A DNA stretch of 64,000 bases from Draconibacterium sp. (GTDB taxonomy: Bacteria > Bacteroidota > Bacteroidia > Bacteroidales > Prolixibacteraceae). Below, piece after piece: positions 56,801-64,000 of this stretch (its first letter is position 1; each line of letters opens with the position of its first letter). The translations under genes and the position numbers were made by a program. The notes under the pieces were generated by a model that was given only the letters and a program-made list of their open reading frames with translations, did not search any database and was not told the DNA's origin. The stretch lies in the NCBI GenBank assembly GCA_041583785.1, contig JBFHFE010000006.1, forward strand, positions 44,409 to 108,408, written 5' to 3'.

Positions 56801-56844
56801 AGGGAAAAACCATAGGAATTACCGTAAAATTTAAATTACAGTAA
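53812..56844 (+). CDS. BlaR1-type M56 peptidase sensor fused to CarboxypepD_reg, plug-like and TonB-C-like modules
   Basis: HELVHVSEKH zinc motif in the TM domain. Has CarboxypepD_reg-like segments (GKIKDIYSNLPIQGASIQ; GKVTDTDGNPVSGVSVSI). Three plug-like units are present (IESISVLKDKQAENLYGEKGKNGVILVTTK; ISSINVQKNK..; IESVSVLKDASAIDNFGEEAKDGVVLITTK). The C-terminus is TonB-like. Confidence 0.75.
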   Translation: METFLIYIGKSALAAGAFYLAYLALFQHQKHFLFNRIYLPVSLAVSFLIPLITFTSIRYIQPVQTEISNSFAYLPAATPVAEPEFVYQWYHYLFALYLLGAIAFCGNLIFGHLKVINIVRFSRLKEIFGVNVNISPLDVHPFSFFNRIVLSKKTLNDPNLDMIVSHELVHVSEKHTLDILFTELLFLLQWFNPFAWLIRDAVRSNLEYLTDDQITKQYNAETYQLAMVGLAHKKGVAPFLTALNGSQLKTRIIMMKKKTENRYSLLKQLVVLPLLAILVMGLSNKEVKTEFVQAEKEIQIVVDGVELPSNHSALESVDFSTKFDGEVVIEALGIKNKVVANTLALEDGSESGTYYIQTTDYKEGANPNFEYFVNGYRSTNDRFKTIQKVNNSNIVIGKIKDIYSNLPIQGASIQIDVLGLDVSSDKNGNYNMSFGKNKEPLVIQVSAEGYYDNKVMYYGTDSELDISLVPIENLSEKNTIEKVSKEKGKPNKTLYTVDGKILSEKEAKEITITGKVTNEKGEPIASSATLAKDTKTDIRANLSGNYEQKAGEKQDIGKVTLAVIPKEEGAAENDQYDRILNFDTGKTELVAKKYITGKVTDTDGNPVSGVSVSILNKSIGDKTDSEGNFKIATKNRDITLSAWADGYNEQQIEVNGREEVNIRLIAGINSDEVIVVGYGKLKAEDSTKVRVTGNGKMKDDTPVWVKAKLSGNAENQPLYFVDGKEVASIEHLDPESIESISVLKDKQAENLYGEKGKNGVILVTTKAIDKSQKQFDATDKIIIVDGKSFDGDLNDIDPNDISSINVQKNKVDNNSYDGNTPKKDKIIIQTKTKYNSPTPLIIVDGVKFEGDMNEIDPEDIESVSVLKDASAIDNFGEEAKDGVVLITTKSNSIKITSELELRKFIAQRIRYPLKPQEHNIEETVQLFVKIDNGGRLFPIPQENAAADVFLEDVVVVGYQTDKTQTSDILTGDFSKYFSTEVKRVVYQIPKLDMDQYKGKTIGITVKFKLQ

Positions 56845-56898
56845 AGAACTAAACTAAATTCATAAAAACAGCGGTTTAAAACCTCCGCTCCCAAAAAC

Positions 56899-56946
56899 AA
56901 AAATGCCATCCCTTATTGAGAAAACTCTCATAGGAATGGCATTTTT
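56899..56946. terminator. Bidirectional terminator between convergent genes
   Basis: aaaaatgccat...atggcattttt long stem (11 perfect pairs plus an extension). Confidence 0.75.
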
Positions 56947-56963
56947 ATGCTTAAAGCTTGCAG

Positions 56964-58913
56964 CTATTTCTTCGTAATAATAGCAGCCCAGCCACCGCCA
57001 GGAGCCATTTTGACTTTTACTTTACTTGTCGAATTAACTTCCAACGTTTCCTGTGCAAAATCAGCAGCATGTCTATCGGCGTTTACTCCGTCTTTCCAAA
57101 CTTTTAGGGTATAGGTTCCTTCTCCAAGAAAATCTAAGTTCAACTCCAATTCGCGGGCATTCCAATCGGTCATGGCACCAATATACCAGCTGTCGCCCGA
57201 ACGGCGTGCAACAGCAATGTAGTCGCTCACTTTTGCGGCAAGCACTTTAGTATCGTCCCACACCGAAGGCACCGGCGATAGAAATTCCATACATTCCGGT
57301 TCGCGGTAATAATTCGATGGATTATCGGCCAGCATTTGCAGCGGGCTTTCGAACACCACATACATAGCCAATTGGTGGCAACGTGTTCCGGGGCTCATAG
57401 GCTCCTTTCCTACGGCTTTAAAATTCGCTCTATTCTTGTTAATCATCGCTCCGGGAGTAAAGTCCATAGGGCCGGCCACCATGCGGGTAAAAGGGAGCGT
57501 TACGTTGTGCTCGGGGTCGGGCAAAGTCGACCACTTGGCATTTTCAAGGCCTTTAACACCTTCGTACGAAACCACATTCGGATAAGCACGGTCCAAACCA
57601 CTTGGTTTGTAAGCTCCATGATAATCCACCAATAATTCGTGTTTGGCACACTCTGCTGCAATCTTCTCGTAGAAATTCACCATCCACTGGTCATCGCGCT
57701 GCATAAAATCAATTTTTATACCTTTCACGCCCCACGCTTCAAACTGATTGAGCGCCTCTTCCAACTTATCGTCTAAGGTTTTCCAAACCACCCAAAGAAT
57801 AATACCCACATTTTTTTCTTTCCCGTAGTCCACCAATTCCTGAATATTTATGTCTTTTTCAAGTTTCATAATATCGCCCAAAACATACCAGCCTTCATCA
57901 AGAATAATGTACTCGAGGCCATATTCCGAAGCAAAATCGATGTAATATTTATAGGTTTGCGTATTAATGCCCGACTTAAAATCAACACCGTAAATATTGT
58001 TGGCATTCCACCAGTCCCAGGCAACCTTACCTGGCTTAATCCAATCGGTATTTTCAATTTTACATTCAGGCGCCAATTTGTAAATCAACTCACTTTGCAC
58101 CAAGTCGGCATCATTCTCCGAGATTATCATTGCACGCCACGGAAACTCGCGTGGACCACTACATTCGGCAATGTAATTGGCATATTTGGTAGGTTTTACA
58201 TTACGATCGTTCAAATGCTTTTCTTCCAATACCACACCGGCGAATTTACCCACCAGCGCATTCGTATTTTTATCGCATCCCCTCAAAAACATTCCCGGGT
58301 AATCCATTAGGTTCGATTCCGAAATGTAAATTTTAACCCCATTGCCGCAATCAACCAACAAGCCGGTTGATGCAAAACGTTCGGCACCAATATTCGACAA
58401 AGTTTCGCGTAAATACTCGCGTTCCTGGTGCGAATACATACTTTCTTCTTCGGGAAACCAAAGTTTATGGTCGGCAGGGAAAACAAAGCTGGCCAACTCA
58501 TTTTTCACTTTATATTCACCTTCCTTTTCCGAAACCCAACGATAGGCAACTCCTTCGTTGTAAGCCCTAAACTGAAGGCTATATCCCTTAAACGAAAGGG
58601 TCATCAGATTATACTCGTCCTTCATTTTTGCATATTTGCGCGAAACGACCGGAGTAAGTTCCTCTGAAAATGTAATATTTTTCACTTTGCGGACTTTGGC
58701 ATTTTCACCCCAAACTGTCCCGTCATTGAGTTCCATAGAAATTACAGAAGGAGCAATTACCTCACTTTCATTCAACAGAACCGAATAGGAAATTTGCTCT
58801 TCCACATTCACAACAACTTCAATTTTTCCGGCGGGAGATTTAACAGAATATTCTTTTGCAGAAAGACTTACACATGTGCTTAGCAAAAGAAAAAAGGCAG
58901 CAATTTGCTTCAT
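56964..58913 (-). CDS. Glycoside hydrolase family 97 (SusB-like alpha-glucosidase/galactosidase)
   Basis: KPGKVAWDWWNA..GINTQTYKYYIDFASEYGLEYIILDEGW and GVKGIKIDFMQRDDQ resemble GH97. Start set at MKQIAAFFLL (signal peptide). Confidence 0.75.
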   Translation of the reverse strand: MKQIAAFFLLLSTCVSLSAKEYSVKSPAGKIEVVVNVEEQISYSVLLNESEVIAPSVISMELNDGTVWGENAKVRKVKNITFSEELTPVVSRKYAKMKDEYNLMTLSFKGYSLQFRAYNEGVAYRWVSEKEGEYKVKNELASFVFPADHKLWFPEEESMYSHQEREYLRETLSNIGAERFASTGLLVDCGNGVKIYISESNLMDYPGMFLRGCDKNTNALVGKFAGVVLEEKHLNDRNVKPTKYANYIAECSGPREFPWRAMIISENDADLVQSELIYKLAPECKIENTDWIKPGKVAWDWWNANNIYGVDFKSGINTQTYKYYIDFASEYGLEYIILDEGWYVLGDIMKLEKDINIQELVDYGKEKNVGIILWVVWKTLDDKLEEALNQFEAWGVKGIKIDFMQRDDQWMVNFYEKIAAECAKHELLVDYHGAYKPSGLDRAYPNVVSYEGVKGLENAKWSTLPDPEHNVTLPFTRMVAGPMDFTPGAMINKNRANFKAVGKEPMSPGTRCHQLAMYVVFESPLQMLADNPSNYYREPECMEFLSPVPSVWDDTKVLAAKVSDYIAVARRSGDSWYIGAMTDWNARELELNLDFLGEGTYTLKVWKDGVNADRHAADFAQETLEVNSTSKVKVKMAPGGGWAAIITKK

Positions 58914-59007
58914 AGTTAGTAGATTTAGTTGTTTAAAATTTAGGCGCATAAAGATGCAAAAATTAATTTTATACTTAACTTGAATGTTTAACTAAAATCG
59001 CAGCGAA

Positions 59008-59733
59008 ATGAGAACAATTATTCTACTATACCTGGTGCTTTTCTGTATTGAAATTTCTGCCAACGATTTCGAAAAAGATAATTTTAAAACCTCGAAGGGA
59101 GATTTAAACATCACCTTCATCGCCCACGGAACTTTAATGATGGAGTTTAACGGAAAGGTTATTCACATCGATCCGGTTTCGTGGTATGCCGATTATACAA
59201 CCATGCCTAAAGCCGATTTAATTCTGATTACTCACGAACACGGCGACCACCTGGATGCAAAAGCAATTGATGCCATAAAAAAAGACGGAACAGAAGTTGT
59301 ACTAACCGAAATTTGCAACAAAAAATATGATGGAACAGCTGTTTTGAAGAATGGGGAATCGGGCACTTTTGCAGGATTACAAATTGAAGCAGTTCCGGCC
59401 TACAATATAAAACACGAGCGCGAACCCGGAAAACCATACCACCCCAAAGGCAATGGCAATGGCTATGTAATTTATTTTGGAGATAAAAAGGTTTATGTGG
59501 CCGGCGACACTGAAAATATTCCGGAAATGGACGAACTGCAACAAATCGACATTGCCTTTTTACCCATGAATTTACCTTATACCATGACCCCGGAAATGGT
59601 TGCCAATGCGGCAAGTAAGTTCAAACCTAAAATACTGTACCCTTATCATTTTGGAAAAACAAATACCAATGAGCTGCTTGAATTGATGAAAAACCAAATA
59701 GAAACTGAAGTTCGGGTAAGAAAGTTGAATTGA
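59008..59733 (+). CDS. MBL-fold metallo-hydrolase (secreted)
   Basis: ITHEHGDHLD motif and a signal peptide. Confidence 0.7.
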   Translation: MRTIILLYLVLFCIEISANDFEKDNFKTSKGDLNITFIAHGTLMMEFNGKVIHIDPVSWYADYTTMPKADLILITHEHGDHLDAKAIDAIKKDGTEVVLTEICNKKYDGTAVLKNGESGTFAGLQIEAVPAYNIKHEREPGKPYHPKGNGNGYVIYFGDKKVYVAGDTENIPEMDELQQIDIAFLPMNLPYTMTPEMVANAASKFKPKILYPYHFGKTNTNELLELMKNQIETEVRVRKLN

Positions 59734-59766
59734 AATGGAATTTCTTTTTATTTTCGCGACCCTAAT

Positions 59767-59859
59767 ATGAAACGGCATGAAAAATATTCGCTCATCGGCG
59801 ATTTATTAAAATCATGCGGGTTTCATCTTATAGCCTAGAAAACAAACATTTTTAATACG
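59767..59859 (+). promoter_or_regulatory. Conserved leader cassette R2, copy 3 (abuts the rhodanese ATG)
   Basis: atgaaacggcatgaaaaatattcgctcatcggcgatttattaaaatcatgcgggtttcatcttatagcctagaaaacaaacatttttaatacg aligns with the reverse complements of 14494-14589 and 28387-28481. Confidence 0.7.
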
Positions 59860-60342
59860 ATGAAAAGAATACTTTTTTCACTGGCGCTGCTATTTATCAT
59901 GACGGCAGCTTCGAGTGCTCAGGAAACAAAAATATATTCAAGCTTTGCCGAAATGGTTGAAGCAGCCAAAGCTGTAATCGACGAAATTTCAATAAACGAT
60001 TTTCATGCCGAGTACGCACAAACACTTCAAAACGGAAATCCCGATTTTATTTTAATCGACATCCGCACCGAGGCCGAATACATCGAAGGATATATTCCGG
60101 GAGCATTTTTAATTCAACGCGGAACGCTTGAGTCGCGCCTCGAAAAAGATGAGGTTTGGGAAGCATTTAACTATACAAAGCCTGAAAAATCGGATACGAT
60201 AATTTTATATTGCCGAACAGGAAACCGCGGAGCGCTGGCTGCCCGAAGCCTCATGATGCTGGGCTACACCAATGTAAAATCGATGGAAGGCGGTTGGAAA
60301 GCCTGGAGCGAAGAATATCCAAACCTAATAATGACAAACTAA
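59860..60342 (+). CDS. Rhodanese-like domain protein (secreted)
   Basis: Signal peptide present. Active-site loop LYCRTGNRGA. Confidence 0.8.
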   Translation: MKRILFSLALLFIMTAASSAQETKIYSSFAEMVEAAKAVIDEISINDFHAEYAQTLQNGNPDFILIDIRTEAEYIEGYIPGAFLIQRGTLESRLEKDEVWEAFNYTKPEKSDTIILYCRTGNRGALAARSLMMLGYTNVKSMEGGWKAWSEEYPNLIMTN

Positions 60343-60393
60343 AAAAATGGTCTCCCGAATAAACCGGATGACCATTTTTTAAGGATCTCATCG

Positions 60394-60960
60394 CTATTTC
60401 TCCTCTAAATCAGTCCCCAAGTCGATTGTGTCGAAATTTTTTAGTTTCAGATTGGGAGCATCAATAATGGTGCTAATGACGTTAACATCCACCGATTTTT
60501 GTGCTATAAAATCGGCAGGAACAACTGCTATTTTAATGTAATGATTATCGGTATCACCCGATACCCAAACATCAGAAGTGCCTTCCATAAACACTTTCAC
60601 ATCCTGAATGGTATAATCGAAGTTGTAATAAATCAGGCCATTGTTATCGAGAAAGATGGTTTGCGGAAGCAGACGCCAAACATTCAGACCATTGTCCTGC
60701 TCCCAAAACATGTACACCAGCACCACATCCGATTCGTAAATCGGTTCGGGGAAATCGAAAAACAGACTATACCCGTTTTCAGCAGTAAAATCCCCAGTAA
60801 GTTCGTAGCTTGTTCCATAATAAAGGCCTCCATCTTCTCCCGGAGGACCCATTGGGCCAATTTCGCCTTCGCACGACGTTAAGCTTGCTGCAATCGAAAT
60901 TAAAAATAGAGCTGCAATATTTCGAAACGAAATATGTTGAATAAATTTAACTGTTTTCAT
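60394..60960 (-). CDS. Lipoprotein with a short collagen-like GPMGPPGEDG segment, function unknown
   Basis: Lipobox ASLTSC. 188 aa with an acidic C-terminus. Confidence 0.55.
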   Translation of the reverse strand: MKTVKFIQHISFRNIAALFLISIAASLTSCEGEIGPMGPPGEDGGLYYGTSYELTGDFTAENGYSLFFDFPEPIYESDVVLVYMFWEQDNGLNVWRLLPQTIFLDNNGLIYYNFDYTIQDVKVFMEGTSDVWVSGDTDNHYIKIAVVPADFIAQKSVDVNVISTIIDAPNLKLKNFDTIDLGTDLEEK

Positions 60961-60989
60961 AGTTTCAATTTTAAAGATTAATGGTATTG

Positions 60990-61150
60990 TTCCAATTTTA
61001 TTTTGAAATGAGCTTTAAATTGTTTTGATGATTTTGGGTTTAGGCAAGTTGAAAAATTAAGGCATAGCAACAGCTACGGTGCAATTTTTCAACGAAGCAA
61101 AAAGCCAAAAAGCCAAAAGAACAAGGTTCATTTCAATGTAATATTGGTAT
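60990..61150. repeat. R1 long-hairpin (MITE-like) element, copy C (inverted relative to copy B)
   Basis: The reverse complement matches 15999-16160 with 6 mismatches by hand alignment. Starts 30 nt upstream of the lipoprotein ATG. Confidence 0.8.
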
Positions 61151-61235
61151 TACCAACAGCTATGACAAGTTTAGTGCCAAAAAAAACCTCCGGTATTTAC
61201 CGAAGGTTCTATTGAATTGATTGATTTGCAGAAAC

Positions 61236-62612
61236 CTATTCTGTGGGCTTTTTCTCCAAACTTCCCGGAACAGGAACTTTAGCCTCTTTCATATAACCGA
61301 TATTACCCATAATAAAGGTTTCCGGCCCAAGTTTCATGTCCGAATTCATCATTTCCTCGAATGTTACTTCTTTTCCTGTATATGCCGAAACACGACCCAT
61401 AATGGCCGTCATAACCGAGTTAGCACAATTTTCGGCTTCGTTAAACGGAATATTCTGACGGATGCAGGTTATTAAATCCTTGTGCTCCTGAACATAAGGC
61501 GAGACTTCATTCTCTACCGGCTGGTGCTGCCACAACTGGTTGCCCGCGGCGTCGACAATCTGAGGCAAATGCCCCACCGTTGTTGCAATGGCTTTGGTTC
61601 CGTGAAAAACTTCATAAACGCCATTTGCACAACTATTTATCTGGCGACACATACTATGAATATGCATGCCGTCGTCATAAATATAATCGATACTAAAATT
61701 ATCGTACTGGTCGCCGGTTACCCTGCGTTGACGCGACCCAAAACCAACTGCTTTTACAGGATGTTTGCCAATAAACCAATTCGCCACATCAATATTGTGT
61801 ACGTGCTGCTCAACAATATGGTCGCCCGACAGCCAGCACCAGTTTACCCAGTCGCGGATCATCCATTCCATTTCGCTCCATTCCGGGTTATTATCGCGAT
61901 GCCATAGTTTTCCGCCATTCCAATATACATTAGCTCCGGTAATTCGGCCAATAGCATTTTGCTCCAATTGCTTATACAAGTTCACGTACGAAATTTCGTG
62001 GCGACGCTGCGTACCTGTAACCACTTTTAAACCGGCGGCATCGGCCATTTTTGCAGCTACCAGCACCTGACGAATTCCTTCCGGATCGACTGCAATTGGT
62101 TTTTCCATAAATACGTGTTTACGAGCTTTAACAGCAGCCTCGAAATGTTGAGGACGGAATTTTGGAGGAGTTGCCAGTATAACAATGTCAACTCCCGAGT
62201 CGATTACTTTCTCGAAGGCATCGAAGCCAACAAAACAGTTTTCAGCAGGAACGTCTTCCCCGGTTTGGTTTTTAATTTTCTCAACACAGCTATCAATCCG
62301 ATCTTTAAAAACATCGCCCAGCGCCGTTATTTTTACCGAAGCACCTCCTGCTTCCAAAAAATTTACGGCAGCGCCCGAGCCACGTCCGCCACAGCCAACA
62401 ACACCTGCCTTAAGTTCTTTTCCGGCGGGTACATCATCAAGCAATGGCGGAAACTTGTATTCACGCGGAATCCAGTCGAAGGAGCCTCCCGAATCAGCAG
62501 AACCTCCTCCGGTAGAACAAGACGACAGAGTTCCTACTCCCATGGCACCGGCGGCACCAACTGCGGCTGCACTTGCCAGAAATTTTCTTCTCGAAAAATT
62601 ATTTTCACTCAT
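61236..62612 (-). CDS. Gfo/Idh/MocA family oxidoreductase with a twin-arginine signal
   Basis: TAT motif SRRKFLASAAAVGAAGA. Rossmann motif GVVGCGGRGSGAA. Confidence 0.85.
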   Translation of the reverse strand: MSENNFSRRKFLASAAAVGAAGAMGVGTLSSCSTGGGSADSGGSFDWIPREYKFPPLLDDVPAGKELKAGVVGCGGRGSGAAVNFLEAGGASVKITALGDVFKDRIDSCVEKIKNQTGEDVPAENCFVGFDAFEKVIDSGVDIVILATPPKFRPQHFEAAVKARKHVFMEKPIAVDPEGIRQVLVAAKMADAAGLKVVTGTQRRHEISYVNLYKQLEQNAIGRITGANVYWNGGKLWHRDNNPEWSEMEWMIRDWVNWCWLSGDHIVEQHVHNIDVANWFIGKHPVKAVGFGSRQRRVTGDQYDNFSIDYIYDDGMHIHSMCRQINSCANGVYEVFHGTKAIATTVGHLPQIVDAAGNQLWQHQPVENEVSPYVQEHKDLITCIRQNIPFNEAENCANSVMTAIMGRVSAYTGKEVTFEEMMNSDMKLGPETFIMGNIGYMKEAKVPVPGSLEKKPTE

Positions 62613-62648
62613 AATCTAAAGGTTTTAGTTGAATTTAGGATTCAAAAT

Positions 62649-64000
62649 TTATTGATTATTTTCTATTCTATTGTTGTACTCACACACTACCCTAAAACTA
62701 ACGAAATTACAATCGGAAAGCCACCAGATACTTTTAGGCATCTGTGGGTCGGTTTTCATCCAGGCAACACTTTCGGTATGCGCACGTGCGGCACATCTCA
62801 CTTCCCCTATCGAGCTTTTAAACGAACCTCCCCGAATTACATGTTCTTCGCCTGAAACCGGACCTCGCGGATTACTTTCCCCGTCTTGCAATGTTGTATA
62901 AGCATCTTCGGCATACCAGTCGGAGCAGTACTCGGCAGCATTCCCCAGCATATTTTTTAACCCAAATGGATTGGCTTTTACATCAGCAGGTTCCGCCGTT
63001 CGCCCCATACTATTTTCCTTGTAAACGATGAACGAATTTATAGAATCGCCAGCATTCCCAAACACCTTACCCCACAATCCCCTTTCCCCAAAATCTTTAG
63101 GATTTCCTTGGAAATAAAATGGGGTTTCCGTACCGCCACGCACAGCATATTCCCATTCGGCTTCAGTGGGTAAACGATATGTTTTTCCGGTTACCTTCGA
63201 CAACCATTTACAGTAGGTTTCGGCAGAATGAAAACTCATTGTTATGGCGGGACGGCTTCCCAGTCCCCAATTCTGATCGGGCTGCCCATAAGGCGGAGTT
63301 GGCCCCGAAATAGCATCCACATCGGCTTCGGTGCGGGTTCCTTCGGTATCGGTTGAACGCCCTTCGGCAGCTGTAGCGCTGTAAAACGCCATGTACTCGT
63401 CCCAGCTTACCTCAATCTCTGCCATAAAAAAAGGGCTGATATTTACTGTTTTTTGCGGCTCCTCGTCTGCCTTACGCATTTGTTCCGAGGCCGGACTTCC
63501 TATCCTAAAACTCCCACCGGGAATAGCCTTCATGTTAAAGGCAATTGTTGTTCCGGGAATGGTTTCTGTATAATCTTCGTGTTTTGTAACAAGGGCAGCT
63601 TCTGTATATTTTTGTTTCTTTTCGTTTCCTACGCTTCCAAATTCCACATTTTTGGCGTGTATAGCATTCGGATCGAAGTGCCCAACATTTAGGTGACAGT
63701 TGATACAACGCAATTCTTCTTCATTTTGCGAATAATACAAGTGCGCATCCTGTCCATCTTTTGTTAGGGAAAGCGGAAACAAATTCTGATGACAGTCGAT
63801 ACACGATTCTTTGAAAACAAAATGCTCAGCCTGTTCAATAGTTGATTTAGCCTCCCAGTTAAAATCTACACTGTCTTTAAACACATAGCCATACAAATCT
63901 TTGGAGGCAGCTTTCACTTTTTCCTTTAAAAACCCATGTCCTTTGGGCGGCAAGTGGCAATCCACGCATCCTACATGAATACCGGATCGGTTATCGTAAT
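62649..64000 (-). CDS. Multihaem cytochrome c (NapC/NirT-like) fused to an FGE-sulfatase (SUMF1-type) domain; the N-terminus lies outside the window
   Basis: The frame stays open to the window edge: upstream of the track's GTG start it reads YDNRSGIHVGCVDCH. CxxCH motifs are CVDCH, CIDCH and CINCH. C-terminal FGE motifs are LPTEAEWEYAVRGG and HVIRGGSF. Confidence 0.75.
   Translation of the reverse strand, partial: YDNRSGIHVGCVDCHLPPKGHGFLKEKVKAASKDLYGYVFKDSVDFNWEAKSTIEQAEHFVFKESCIDCHQNLFPLSLTKDGQDAHLYYSQNEEELRCINCHLNVGHFDPNAIHAKNVEFGSVGNEKKQKYTEAALVTKHEDYTETIPGTTIAFNMKAIPGGSFRIGSPASEQMRKADEEPQKTVNISPFFMAEIEVSWDEYMAFYSATAAEGRSTDTEGTRTEADVDAISGPTPPYGQPDQNWGLGSRPAITMSFHSAETYCKWLSKVTGKTYRLPTEAEWEYAVRGGTETPFYFQGNPKDFGERGLWGKVFGNAGDSINSFIVYKENSMGRTAEPADVKANPFGLKNMLGNAAEYCSDWYAEDAYTTLQDGESNPRGPVSGEEHVIRGGSFKSSIGEVRCAARAHTESVAWMKTDPQMPKSIWWLSDCNFVSFRVVCEYNNRIENNQ

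Noticed and set aside
62115-62855. 246-aa ORF on the plus strand (also 62185-62619, 61482-61907 and 61765-62070)
   Set aside because: It is entirely antisense to the well-supported Gfo/Idh/MocA gene and the FGE-fusion gene. Its composition is Ser/Arg/Thr-rich and typical of shadow ORFs, and it has no motifs.
1-64000. Mobile genetic element, prophage or defence island
   Set aside because: There is no integrase, transposase, phage structural gene, restriction-modification gene, toxin-antitoxin pair or other defence hallmark. No flanking tRNA or att-like repeats were seen. Gene content is chromosomal housekeeping and envelope functions. The only mobile-looking items are the short non-autonomous repeats reported above.

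Overview
This is a Bacteroidota-type chromosomal window. Evidence: TAnnTTTG-type -7 promoter boxes, A/T-rich leaders without Shine-Dalgarno sites, four TonB-dependent receptors with CarboxypepD_reg N-domains, and moderate-to-low GC by eye. The taxon call is inference. Positions 0.8-20.5 kb form a phosphate-acquisition island. It holds a TonB-dependent receptor plus an internally duplicated lipoprotein, then porin-pstSCAB-phoU plus a response regulator and histidine kinase, then a PiT-family Pi transporter with a PhoU-like tail and a second kinase/regulator pair. Next come a PAP2-like membrane protein, rpoN and asnS. After those lies an ECF sigma/anti-sigma operon with two Spy/CpxP-like proteins and a DUF2202 protein, then a penicillin/AHL-acylase family gene and a decayed AAA ATPase paralog. 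The rest is mostly housekeeping or accessory: radical SAM, two MBL hydrolases, two TetR regulators, a His-rich membrane protein plus TBDR, RNase R, a GHL10-like hydrolase, a DUF2752/CD225 pair, another TBDR, GNAT, a TlpA-like/BlaI/BlaR1-TonB operon, GH97, rhodanese, a TAT-exported Gfo/Idh/MocA oxidoreductase and a partial multihaem cytochrome c-FGE fusion. I saw no rRNA, tRNA, CRISPR array, transposase, integrase or recognisable defence genes. The most unusual signals are non-coding. (1) Pho-box-like heptamers phased at 11 bp sit exactly 10 nt upstream of the -7 box at three promoters, which pulls an uncharacterised TBDR/lipoprotein operon into a predicted Pho regulon. (2) A 93-96 nt leader cassette is reused directly upstream of the ATG of three unrelated exported-protein genes. 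(3) A ~162 nt long-hairpin (MITE-like) element occurs in three copies. (4) A REP-like TGTCATTNCGAA hairpin family occurs twice. (5) There is a dense TAAGGTTG site cluster. All functional interpretations are hypotheses from reading the sequence; no database search was possible.
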